DNA from: an uncultured Actinomycetes bacterium
Lineage (GTDB): Bacteria; Actinomycetota; Actinomycetes; Streptosporangiales; Streptosporangiaceae
Reading direction: 5' to 3'
Length of the DNA: 64,000 nucleotides
Assembly (NCBI GenBank): GCA_963758795.1
Contig: CAVWXG010000002.1
Span: forward strand, 13,762 to 77,761
In this document: positions 18,443 through 26,748 of the stretch, piece by piece
Position numbering within the stretch: position 1 is the first letter of the stretch
How the letters are laid out: the number at the start of each line of letters is the position of its first letter
Notes under the pieces: generated by a model
What the model saw: the letters and a program-made list of their open reading frames with translations, nothing else
Told to the model about the DNA's origin: nothing
Databases searched by the model: none
Program-made: the position numbers and the translations under genes

Positions 18443-19837
18443 GACCGTCTTGCGGACCGGCCAGGCCGCCCGGGTCGACTACCGCGAAGTACCCGGCGGG
18501 GAGCGCTTCGTCCATGAGGGGCTGCGGTCCGCGGTCGGCACGCCGATCCACGTCGAGGGTCGGCTGTGGGGGATGATCGCCGTCGGGTCAAGGCAGGAGA
18601 CATTGCCGCCCGACACCGAGCACCGGATGACGCAGTTCACCGACTTGGTCGCGACCGCGGTCGCGAACGCGCAAAACCGGGGCGCGCTGGAGGCGAGCCG
18701 TGACGAGCTCGCTCGCCTACTGGCGGAGCAGGCCGCGCTGCGCCGGGTCGCCACGCTGGTGGCTCGCGGTATCGACCCGGTCGAGATCTTCTCGGCGGTC
18801 GCCGGGGAATTCGGCCGCCTGCTTGACGCGGACAACGCCGGCATCAGCCGCTTCGACCCGGATGGGCCCTCGGTCGTGATCGTCGGCAGCGTCGGGGAGG
18901 ACGCGGCCACGGTGCCGATCGGGACGCAGGTGGAAATCCCCGACTACTTTGCCGTGGCGGTGGTATGGCGGACCGGCCGCTCGGCCCAGGTCGACGAGGA
19001 CATGTGGGACGGACTCCCGGGCCCGGCCGCCGACCGGCTGCGCAAGCTGGGAATCCGCTCGATGGTGGCGAGCCCGATCATCGTCGAGAGCCGCCTGTGG
19101 GGCGTGGTGAACGTGTCGTCCAGGCAAGGGCCGTTTCCTGCCGACGCCGCCGACCGCCTGGCGGACTTCACCGAACTCCTCGCCACGGCCGTCGGGAACG
19201 CCGAGAGCCAGGGCGAGCTGGCCGCGTCGCGGGCACGGGTCGTGACGGCTGCGGATCAGGCCCGGCGGCGGATCGAGCGGGACCTGCACGACGGGACCCA
19301 GCAGCGCCTGGTCTCGCTCGGCCTGGAGCTTCGCCTCACGCAGTCCATGGTGCCTGCCGGGCTGCCCGAGCTCAAGACGGAGATCGGCCGGGTCGCGGAC
19401 GAGCTCACCGGGGTGGTAGAGGACCTGCGGGAGATCGCCCGCGGCATCCACCCGGCGATCTTGTCCGAAGGCGGGCTGGGGCCGGCCCTGCGGACGCTGG
19501 GCCGCCGGGCCGCGGTCGCGGTCGAGCTCGAGGTGGCCGGGAGTACCCGGCTGCCGGAGCCGGTCGAGGTAGCCGCGTATTACGTCGTCTCCGAGGCGCT
19601 CACCAACGCGACCAAGCACGCGCACGCCACAGTCGTGCGCGTCGCGGTCGAGGAACGGGACGACGGCCTGCACCTGTCGGTTCGCGACGACGGCGCGGGC
19701 GGCGCCGATCCCGCCCGCGGTTCGGGCCTGATCGGCCTCCGCGACCGGGCCGAAGCGCTGGCGGATCGCTCGAGATCAGCAGCCCGCCGGGCGAAGGGAC
19801 CCTGATGAGTGTCCAGCTCCCACTGCAGCTCCACTGA
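18443..19837 (+). pseudogene. GAF-GAF-HisKA_3-HATPase sensor kinase (DevS/DosT-like architecture), 5-prime truncated and frameshifted near the 3-prime end
   Basis: Recognisable sequence begins mid-GAF (..VLRTGQAARVDY..VGTPIHVEGRLWGMIAVGS). It has a full DHp ..ERDLHDGTQQRLVSLGLEL.. and an ATP-binding domain. After ..RDRAEAL the tail GGSLEISSPPGEGTLMSVQLPLQLH continues in the -1 frame (ORF 18965..19837). Confidence 0.75.
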
Positions 19838-19871
19838 TGTTGTTGGGTAACGGCCTTAGCCGAGGGCATCC

Positions 19872-20870
19872 CTACCTCGGGCGGTGGTGGTGGTGCTCGA
19901 TTGAGGCGGTGGTCTTGCCGAAGTACATCAGTTCCCACAGCGCCGGCGCCGTGACGGTCTCGGGCACCGGGTCGCTGCCGATGCGCTCGACGGTGACCCG
20001 GCCGGTGAAGCGCATGTAGGCGCCGTCGAATCCGGCGATCCGGGCCAGGACGCACTTGGCGCCCTAGACGGATTCGATCATGCGGGCCTGCACGATCGTG
20101 TTCTCGCGGCGGAAGGTGACGCGGTAGTGCTCGCCGCCGTCGGCAGTAGCGTCGTAGTCGTAGACCGTGGTGTCGGCGACCGGCTTGCCTGTGACCGGGT
20201 CCGGATGCTCGCCGGTTTTCTTGAAACGGACCAGGCTACTGTCGTCGGCCACGATCTTGCCGTCCCTGGCGAGCATGAAGATGGGCACCTGGGTGTAGCC
20301 GTACTTGCGCTCCGCGGTGATGTGCGCGGCGATCACGCAGTAGCCACCGGCCTCGGCACGCGCCCAGTACCAGTGATGGATCAGCTGCGGCATCGCCGCG
20401 TCGCCCCAGTCGTGGTCGTGGTACCCGGTGCCGGCCAGCGTCCGGGTCTGGCCATCAATAGTGAGGGTGGCCTCGACGGTGCCCTGGGGGACCGATGGCA
20501 GCCATGCGAACAGGTGCGGCTGGTCGTCTCCGAACACGATGTGCCCGGTCTCTGGCCGCCAGGATGGCACCTGCCCGGTCAGGATGACGTCTGCGGTCAC
20601 CCCGTCGATATCGGTGTGGATACGGTAGGTGTGCAGGTCCCCAGCCAAGGTGTTCGCGCCCACTCGGACATCGCAGCGGTCCGCGGCGAACGCGAAGTCG
20701 TCGCGGGCGTGCAGCGCACGCTCCACGTGCGTTCCGTCTGGCCGGTCCAGCTGGAAGGTGACCACGGGGCTGGCCGGCTGCTTGATGCCGCGACCGCCCC
20801 GGATGTCCTTGGCCATGAAGTTGATGACCAAGGTCGAGCCGTCGTCCTCATCTGGCCGGGCATCCGCTGG
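19872..20870 (-). pseudogene. CrtC/AttH-like (hydroxyneurosporene synthase family, lipocalin-like) gene with an in-frame TAG and a missing N-terminus
   Basis: ..GTGYHDHDWGDAAMPQLIHHWYWARA.. ORF 20064..20831 ends at TAG. Homology-like sequence (GAKCVLARIAGFDGAYMRFTGRVTVERIG..ALWELMYFGK) continues in the same frame for 63 more codons. Confidence 0.6.
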
Positions 20871-20989
20871 GCCAGCACGCGGCGGTCACGACGCGTACGC
20901 GGTTCGCGATCGCCCCGGCTGCATGAGTGGCTCGGGTTGCGGTAAGAGCGCGGACCCGGGTCGGGCTCACGCCGGACCGGTTCAGCCGG

Positions 20990-21268
20990 TCAGCGCGGCA
21001 CCGGTGCGCGCCGCAGGGCGTGCCGTTCTTCCTCTGTCGTGCCGCCCCAGATGCCGGAAACCTGTCCGAGGTCCAGGGCCCAGCGCAGGCACGGTGTTGT
21101 CACCGGGCAGCGCTGGCATACCCGCTTGGCCGCCTCGATGTCGGTCAGGGACGCGCCGGACGTACTAATCGGGAAGAACAGGTCAGGATCCAGCCGGCTG
21201 CAGGCGGCGTGATCACGCCAGTTCGTGCACTCGGCCCCGGTCGAGCGCCATCGGTTTGCCGCCGCCAT
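20990..21268 (-). CDS. WhiB-family transcription factor
   Basis: ..HAACSRLDPDLFFP..AKRVCQRCPVTTPCLRWALDLGQVSGIWGGTTEEER. The start is either ATG 21268 or the upstream ATG 21349. Confidence 0.85.
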   Translation of the reverse strand: MAAANRWRSTGAECTNWRDHAACSRLDPDLFFPISTSGASLTDIEAAKRVCQRCPVTTPCLRWALDLGQVSGIWGGTTEEERHALRRAPVPR

Positions 21269-21378
21269 CTCGCCACCTCCTCGGTGCTGCCTCACCCTCC
21301 TCGACGATCTCGCAGTGCCCGGCCTGGTCACATCGGTGCCAGCGGCCATCCGGGTCCCCCACTAGCCGGATCCGCGGT

Positions 21379-21394
21379 TACCTGCTAGCCGGTA
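21379..21394. promoter_or_regulatory. 7-2-7 palindromic box TACCTGC-TA-GCCGGTA
   Basis: Lies 30 nt upstream of ATG 21349 (whiB frame) and 58 nt upstream of ATG 21452. About 45 bp on its right side is about 80% identical to the flank of the box at 3886. Confidence 0.55.
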
Positions 21395-21451
21395 GCGGAG
21401 TTTGGCGCTCGCCGTGACGACATAGCGCCCGGAACACGTCATGATGGGGCC

Positions 21452-21883
21452 ATGACGGAGGACGCGATGATCTCGCTGCTGTCGGCGGCCACCCGCATCG
21501 CCTGCGGGAAGATGACCCCGCAGCACCTCAACGCGCTGCACGCCAGCGTCGAGCAGGCCTCCTGCCTGCCGGCCAGGCCTGACTGGGAGCGCAAGGCCAC
21601 CGCGCACGCCGAGCTGTTCACCCTGCTGGGCGACCTGACCGGTGACGGCGACCTGGCGCAGCTGGTGAGCTCGGCGGCCGGGCGGCTGCAGGACCTCGTC
21701 CTGACGGTCGGCCCGGCGGCCGATGGCATCATCTTGAGCTCGCGCCGCAGGCTGCTGCGCGAGTTGAGGGCCTGGGACGCCGACGGCGCGGCTCAGGAGG
21801 TGGAGCGCCACCTCGGCGGCCTGAACTACATGGGACGCGTGGCGGGCGGAGCCGGTTCCGGCAGGCTTAGCCGGGCCAGCTAG
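21452..21883 (+). CDS. FCD-domain protein (GntR/FadR C-terminal domain only, no wHTH)
   Basis: The helical pattern ..LNALHASVEQA..AHAELFTLLGDLTGDGDLAQLV..RRRLLRELRAWDADGAAQEVERHL is consistent with an FCD domain. At 143 aa it is too short to include the DNA-binding domain. Confidence 0.55.
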   Translation: MTEDAMISLLSAATRIACGKMTPQHLNALHASVEQASCLPARPDWERKATAHAELFTLLGDLTGDGDLAQLVSSAAGRLQDLVLTVGPAADGIILSSRRRLLRELRAWDADGAAQEVERHLGGLNYMGRVAGGAGSGRLSRAS

Positions 21884-21930
21884 CCGTCAGCGGCCGTCGC
21901 CGTCAGCGGCCCTCGGCGTCAGCGGCCCTC
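21883..21930. repeat. Three tandem 16-bp units GSCGTCAGCGGCCSTC spanning the convergent stops of the FCD and ankyrin genes
   Basis: CGTCAGCGGCC occurs at 21885, 21901 and 21917. The ankyrin stop (TGA) is inside the third unit. Confidence 0.9.
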
Positions 21931-22200
21931 GAAGAGCGCGACCGGGTCGTCCAGGCCGAACAGCCGGGCGGTCTCGATAGCCGACGGGCTCCCCGCGGTG
22001 GGGTCGGCGCCGCGTTCCAGCAGGACCGAGACCGTCTGCGCGTGACCGTGGTAGGCAGCGAGCATGACCAGGGCGTCGCCCTTGTCGTTGCAGAGGTTGG
22101 CCGGAACGCCGGCATCCACATAAGCGGCCAGGGTGCCGGTGTCGCCCTGACGGGCGAGGTTGAAGACCTTCGCGGCGAACTGGAGGTTGGCCGGGTCAGG
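21919..22200 (-). pseudogene. Ankyrin-repeat protein lacking a start codon and about one repeat
   Basis: PDPANLQFAAKVFNLARQGDTGTLAAYVDAGVPANLCNDKGDALVMLAAYHGHAQTVSVLLERGADPTAGSPSAIETARLFG.. The first in-frame start (GTG 22119) lies inside the first repeat. LLERGADP..GSPSA looks like a fusion of two repeat ends. Confidence 0.5.
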
Positions 22201-22379
22201 CCTGCTTGGTCTCCCAGAAGATCTTGCCGATCTCCTCGATCTTGGTCAGCAGCTGGTCGGCTACGGCCGGGTCGGGGCTGCCCTTGGTACCCGAGGACCC
22301 GGCCAGCTTGGTGGCCTCGTTGAACAGCTCGTTCAGCTGCGGACGGGGGTGCGTCTTTCCCGCAGGCGGCCAACTTCAG

Positions 22380-22395
22380 TTCCGGCTAGCGGGTA
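22380..22395. promoter_or_regulatory. 7-2-7 palindromic box TTCCGGC-TA-GCGGGTA
   Basis: Read directly; it lies 159 nt upstream of the cupin gene ATG (22554). Confidence 0.45.
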
Positions 22396-22553
22396 CGCGG
22401 GGGCGACGTCGGACCGGCCGGCTCGGATCTCATCCTGTCATCGACTCAGCCCGAGCTGAGAGTGTGCCGGGAGGTTGCTGCAGGTGGCCCGATCTTCACC
22501 GGCCTTTCACAAACCGGCCGCACGCTGCCCTTACCGATGTAAGGAGAAACGAT

Positions 22554-23063
22554 ATGAGCACGATGATCCGGCCAACCTCACCCGCCAGCGTGCCGCCCGC
22601 CAGGCTACTCGGCCCGCGGCTGCTCGCCGACGTGGTGCAGGGCCTGGCGGCCTGCCCGGCGGACTGGATCGCCCGGGTCCGGCTGAACCCTGCGGGCCGC
22701 TGGTATGAGCGGATCCACCTCGACGACAGCCACGAAGTCTGGGTGATCAGCTGGCTGCCCGGCCAGGCCACCGGGTTTCATGATCATGGCGGGTCGGCGG
22801 GCGCGTTCGCGGTGGTCTGGGGAACCTTGATGGAGCGCCGGGTGGCCGCCGTGACCACCGGGCAAGTGGTGGCGAAGCCGGTCGGGGCGGGGGGTTCGCG
22901 GGCGTTTGGCCCGCGCTACATCCATGACGTGCGCAACGCCGCCGCCTCGACGGTGGCGGTGAGCGTGCACGCATACTCACCGCCGCTGCCGGAGATGACG
23001 CGCTATGACCTCACGCCGGGCGGGCTGGTGAAGCTGGCTACCGAAGGCGCCGCCGCGTGGTGA
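22554..23063 (+). CDS. Cysteine dioxygenase type I-like cupin protein
   Basis: ..HEVWVISWLPGQATGFHDHGGSAGAFAVVWGTL..YIHDVRN..VSVHAYSPPL. RBS AAGGAG is 8 nt upstream of the ATG. Confidence 0.75.
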   Translation: MSTMIRPTSPASVPPARLLGPRLLADVVQGLAACPADWIARVRLNPAGRWYERIHLDDSHEVWVISWLPGQATGFHDHGGSAGAFAVVWGTLMERRVAAVTTGQVVAKPVGAGGSRAFGPRYIHDVRNAAASTVAVSVHAYSPPLPEMTRYDLTPGGLVKLATEGAAAW

Positions 23064-23409
23064 CGTCCCCTGCTCCCAGCCAGAGCCTTGCCACTATCGA
23101 GTACCGCGGCATCGACCATGCTGCTCCGGCCACCGGGCCGTTTCGTGGTTCCCCACCAGGCAGGCCGAGGGATTCGGCGAGGTTCCATCCTGCGGTCACC
23201 ATTAGCCGCCAGGGACGGGGCAGCTCAAGGTATTCCGGATGCGGCGAGCGGCCAGTTACCCGGGTAGCTGCGGGTGGAGCAGGCCGGCGATACGTTCGTA
23301 GGCTCATGCCCTTGCTCCTCGCCGCGGGCCAACAGGCCCAGCGCCTAGGCGTTGTCCCGCAGGGCTGGGTCCCGTTCAGGGTGTGCTGGTCGCGGCTTCA
23401 TCGGGGCGG

Positions 23410-24120
23410 CTAGTCGTCGGCGCCGATGACCTGGAAGTCCTGGTTGACGAAGATGTGGTGGGGCCAGTTGACGCCGATGTAGTGCACCTCGTACTGGCCG
23501 TTCCCGATGGCCACCACACGGTCCACGACGCCGCCCGGGTAGGCGGCCAGCGCCGCTTCGGTCGCCTTGTCCGCGGTGGTACCGGTGACGATCGTGCCCG
23601 ACCCTTGGGTGTAGTCCGCGGGGATCTGGCCGACCGTCTCGGAGGTGCCCTGCTTGCCCTGGGTGTAGCCGATCACCTGTCCTCCCGGGTTCGATCCGCT
23701 GGTGCTGGACGGCTGCACGATGACCTGGGCGGCGGTGATGGTCGTGTTGTCGGTGGTGCCCAGGACCAGGACGGGTTCACCGGTGGTGACGGCGGCGGAC
23801 GTGGCCGTGCTCGTCCCCTTCTCGTAGGTGGTGGCGGACGCCTCCTTGATGGTCACCTTCTGGCCGGTGGCGGTGGTCAGCGTGAACCCGGAGGAGGACA
23901 CGCTGGTGATCGTTCCCGCTGACCCGCCCGCGGCCGGGCCGGACCGGGCGTTGGAGCCCCCGCCGGATCCGGATCCGCCGGCCGGGCTGCTGCTGCTGGC
24001 GGCGGTGGGCGCGGCCGAGGCGCTGCCGGAAGTCGCGGCGACGATCCCGTAGGAACCGCCCGCGATCACCACGGCCGCGGCTACGGCCGCGGTGACCTTG
24101 CTGCGTGTGCTGGAAAACAT
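23410..24120 (-). CDS. Secreted protein with Ser/Gly-rich linker, DUF5666-like middle and PepSY-like C-terminal domain
   Basis: Signal-like N-terminus MFSSTRSKVTAAVAAAVVIAGGSYGIVAA. The C-terminus is ..KATEAALAAYPGGVVDRVVAIGNGQYEVHYIGVNWPHHIFVNQDFQVIG. Confidence 0.65.
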   Translation of the reverse strand: MFSSTRSKVTAAVAAAVVIAGGSYGIVAATSGSASAAPTAASSSSPAGGSGSGGGSNARSGPAAGGSAGTITSVSSSGFTLTTATGQKVTIKEASATTYEKGTSTATSAAVTTGEPVLVLGTTDNTTITAAQVIVQPSSTSGSNPGGQVIGYTQGKQGTSETVGQIPADYTQGSGTIVTGTTADKATEAALAAYPGGVVDRVVAIGNGQYEVHYIGVNWPHHIFVNQDFQVIGADD

Positions 24121-24566
24121 GTGCCTGACTCCTGTGGTCGAGGACTCCTGTCATCGAGGTCCTTGCTTTCAGTTATCGCAGGCCGCGCGGGAGATGCCCT
24201 GGATAGAGCCTGGAAGGTGGCCGCGAGGTCGTGCGGCATGGGCTCAGGGCCAAGGCATCCGCAAACGTCCGGCAAGGGAACGCCAAGGACGCCGGGATCA
24301 CGGGATCAATCCAAGCCCACAGAAACCGGTCAAGAGGGGCCTATCGGACCGGGTCTTAGCGGCGGCCCCGGCGCGCCGGGTAATTTTCGCGATGTCCGCG
24401 CGGGAGCGCACGTGGCGTTCGCCTGCTCCTTGTGGGTCTCGCATGTCCCAGGGTTCATGCCTGTCACGGGCGTGACATCTTCTGCTGCTCAACGGCGTGT
24501 TGTCGGGTGGCCCGGGGCGTCTCAGCCTCGTTCACCACCCACGGGCCGCGCCGCCACCGCACCGAT

Positions 24567-24602
24567 GGAACATCGGGCCGGATGGGACCGGCCCGATGTT
24601 CC
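24567..24602. other. Perfect 15-bp stem hairpin GGAACATCGGGCCGG-ATGGGA-CCGGCCCGATGTTCC in an 870-bp non-coding gap
   Basis: Checked base by base; there is no flanking T-run. Confidence 0.6.
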
Positions 24603-24988
24603 ACCGGGTCGGCCCGATCACGGGGCGGCAGCACCCGGCTGCGCCGGTTTTAGGATATTAAGGTTGCTTTGACGGTTTCCCGGATGGACGGGGCGACGGT
24701 CGTTACCATCCCGAGATATGCGCCAGAGCCCTGGGGTCCACAAACTTTCCATTTAGCCCAAATCTTCCGCGGTAAGCGGGGGACACTCCGTGGTATTTGG
24801 TGCTTATATCCCCATATGGCGGGCAGGTGGCCGGCTGCGCTGACTGCGAAGCGAACGGCTGCGCGACAGCCTCAGATGGGGCCTTCTCGGCGGCGAGCAT
24901 TGGGTGGAGCCAGTAGATCGTCTCCGCCATCCGCGTCGGCCAGCTCCTGGTCGTTGGCGACCCGGGTGACGCTGCTGGCCCGGGGCCG

Positions 24989-26617
24989 TTACCGCGACGT
25001 CCAGGTCTCCCCGAAGTCCAGGCTCACGACGCTGATCGCCGAACCGGCCAGGTCGGCGGCGAGCTGGGCCGGGGCCGGGTCGGCCGGGTCGTGGTGCACG
25101 GTAAGCACCGTCGACACGCCCAGCCAGCGGGCGGCCACGGCCGCCTCGGCCGGATGCAGCTCGACGATCTTCCCGGCGCCTAGCCACAGGCCGCCGATGC
25201 CGAGGACGGCGATGTCGGGCCGGTGCAGCTCGCCCCAGGTGCGCAGGTCACCAGACAGCGACGTGTCGCCGCCGCAGAAGATGCGGGTTCCGGCCGCCGT
25301 GGTCAGCAGGAAGCTCTGCGGCTCATCGGCCACGAACCCGCCGTCAACGGTCATCGTGGACTCGTGCCGTGCGGGCAAGGATTTCAGGGTGACGTCACGG
25401 AACCGCACCTCCACCCCCGACACCGTCGCCGCCAGGCGCGACAGCGGCAGGCCCGCTTTAAGCGCGGCCCGCAGCAGAGCGGAGCCGCAGACCAGGGCGG
25501 CGTCTCCGGCCAGGGCCAGTTCCAGTGCCTGGCCGCGATGGTCGTACCCGGCGTGGGTGACGACGATGACGTCGACTCCGGTCAGCGTCTCCGGCGGCAC
25601 CGGGCTCTCCGGGATCCCGCTGTGGATTCCCTCCGAACCGGACAGGTACGGATCCACCAGCACCCGGGTCCCGTATTCGGTGACGATCTCGTAGCCCGCC
25701 CAGCCGATCCGCCGGATCGACAGCGGCCCATGCGGCTCACCGGAGATGCCAGCGAGCCGGCCGGCAGCAAAGGCGGCGACGCGAGAGAGCAGGACCTGCG
25801 ACGCGTCCAGAGACAGGATCGGGAAGCCATGAGGCATACCCTCGAACACCTCCAGATTGACCGGCACTCCGGCGGCGAGCGCCCGATCGGCGAATCGGAC
25901 GGCGTCATCACGCAGCATCTCGGCGTCCCCGCACGCGATCAGCAGGGGCGGCAGGCCTGTGCAGTCGCCAGCCAGCGGGGACTGCGGCGCGCCGGCCGGG
26001 TCAGCGGAGGCTAGGTACGCGGACGTGACCTGCTGGGTCTCGGCGAGCGTCACCACGTCCCGGCCGTCGTTGGCGGCCAGCGATCCCCCGCTGAGCGTGA
26101 AGTCGGTGATCGGTGAGATGGCCACGGCCGCGGCCGGCATGGGCCAGCCGCGGTCACGCAGCGCCAGCAGCGCCGACAGCGTGAGCGTGCCGCCCGCGGA
26201 GTGGCCGGCCATGACGATCCGGCCGGCCGGCGTGCCCTGGGCCAGCAGGGCCTGGTACGCCTGGAGCACATCATCCAGTGCCGCCGGGTACGGGTTCTCG
26301 GGTGCGAGCCGGTAGTGCAGGTGCAGCACCGGCAGCCGGGTGGCGGTCGCGAGCCCGGCGGCGTAGACCCCGGCCGGCTCGTCGAACTGGAACCGGCGGG
26401 CGTGCAGGTAAAGCAGCACGCCATCGCCGTTCGAGCCGGGCGCGGCCACCCATTCGCCGCGCACCGACCCGGACCGGAACGGGCGGGCGGCAAAGGCCGT
26501 CGCCGGTCTGCCGAGCCGGTTCAGCAGCGCTGCGCCGGAGTCGGCCGCGCCATGAATCTCCGCGACGAGCCGGGCGACGGCCCGCAGATCGGACTCCGTC
26601 GCGGGATGACTGATCAT
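24989..26617 (-). CDS. Fusion protein: alpha/beta-hydrolase fold-3 (esterase/lipase-like) N-domain plus MBL-fold metallo-hydrolase C-domain
   Basis: N-domain: ..LLYLHARRFQF..LHYRLAPENPYPAALDD..MAGHSAGG..MPHGF. C-domain: ..IRRIGWAGYEIVTEYGTRVLVDPYL..VIVVTHAGYDH..FCGGDTS.. Confidence 0.8.
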   Translation of the reverse strand: MISHPATESDLRAVARLVAEIHGAADSGAALLNRLGRPATAFAARPFRSGSVRGEWVAAPGSNGDGVLLYLHARRFQFDEPAGVYAAGLATATRLPVLHLHYRLAPENPYPAALDDVLQAYQALLAQGTPAGRIVMAGHSAGGTLTLSALLALRDRGWPMPAAAVAISPITDFTLSGGSLAANDGRDVVTLAETQQVTSAYLASADPAGAPQSPLAGDCTGLPPLLIACGDAEMLRDDAVRFADRALAAGVPVNLEVFEGMPHGFPILSLDASQVLLSRVAAFAAGRLAGISGEPHGPLSIRRIGWAGYEIVTEYGTRVLVDPYLSGSEGIHSGIPESPVPPETLTGVDVIVVTHAGYDHRGQALELALAGDAALVCGSALLRAALKAGLPLSRLAATVSGVEVRFRDVTLKSLPARHESTMTVDGGFVADEPQSFLLTTAAGTRIFCGGDTSLSGDLRTWGELHRPDIAVLGIGGLWLGAGKIVELHPAEAAVAARWLGVSTVLTVHHDPADPAPAQLAADLAGSAISVVSLDFGETWTSR

Positions 26618-26748
26618 GCGGCCATCCTTCCAGGGCAGGCAACTCGCGGCCAGGGCAGAAGGATGCGGAGCCCGGTAACTCGGGGCGCCGGTTCGCCCGC
26701 TGCGGGCTTCCGGTCACCAGCAATCCAACGGAACGGGCCGTGGTTTCA

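Noticed and set aside
20064-20066. In-frame TAG as pyrrolysine or programmed read-through.
   Set aside because: No pyl genes or special context were seen, the gene is also N-terminally truncated, and it sits in a pseudogene-rich region. A nonsense mutation is the simpler explanation.
3880-21420. Idea that the conserved sequence around the boxes encodes a peptide (..TAS..L.YRLAGN.G in two copies).
   Set aside because: The frames have no starts, run into the neighbouring genes, and the palindrome gives the same (Y/F)xLAG reading on both strands. DNA-level conservation explains it better.
22196-22372. Small minus-strand ORF ..GKTHPRPQLNELFNEATKLAGSSGTKGSPDPAVADQLLTKIEEIGKIFWETKQA-stop upstream of the ankyrin remnant.
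   Set aside because: The sequence is protein-like, but there is no ATG/GTG/TTG between the upstream in-frame TGA and the conserved-looking part, and I cannot assign a family. It is probably another C-terminal remnant, so it is not listed as a feature.
3886-22395. Possibility that the GCTAGC-centred palindrome is the mycobacterial DosR/DevR box.
   Set aside because: The DosR consensus as I recall it (TTSGGGACTWWAGTCCCSAA) has GGGAC/GTCCC half-sites and a 20-bp span. The sites here are TWCCNGC/GCNGGWA with a 2-nt centre. Only the general palindromic NarL-family layout is shared.
23064-23409. Possible transposase or other remnant between the cupin gene and the PepSY-like gene (ORFs 23038..23307 and 23057..23413).
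   Set aside because: No frame gave a motif I could recognise, and the composition is typical of non-coding high-GC DNA.
24121-24420. Cyclic-di-AMP (ydaO-type) or other riboswitch upstream of the secreted PepSY-like gene.
   Set aside because: I could not find the conserved ydaO core elements in the reverse-complemented leader. It remains an open non-coding interval only.
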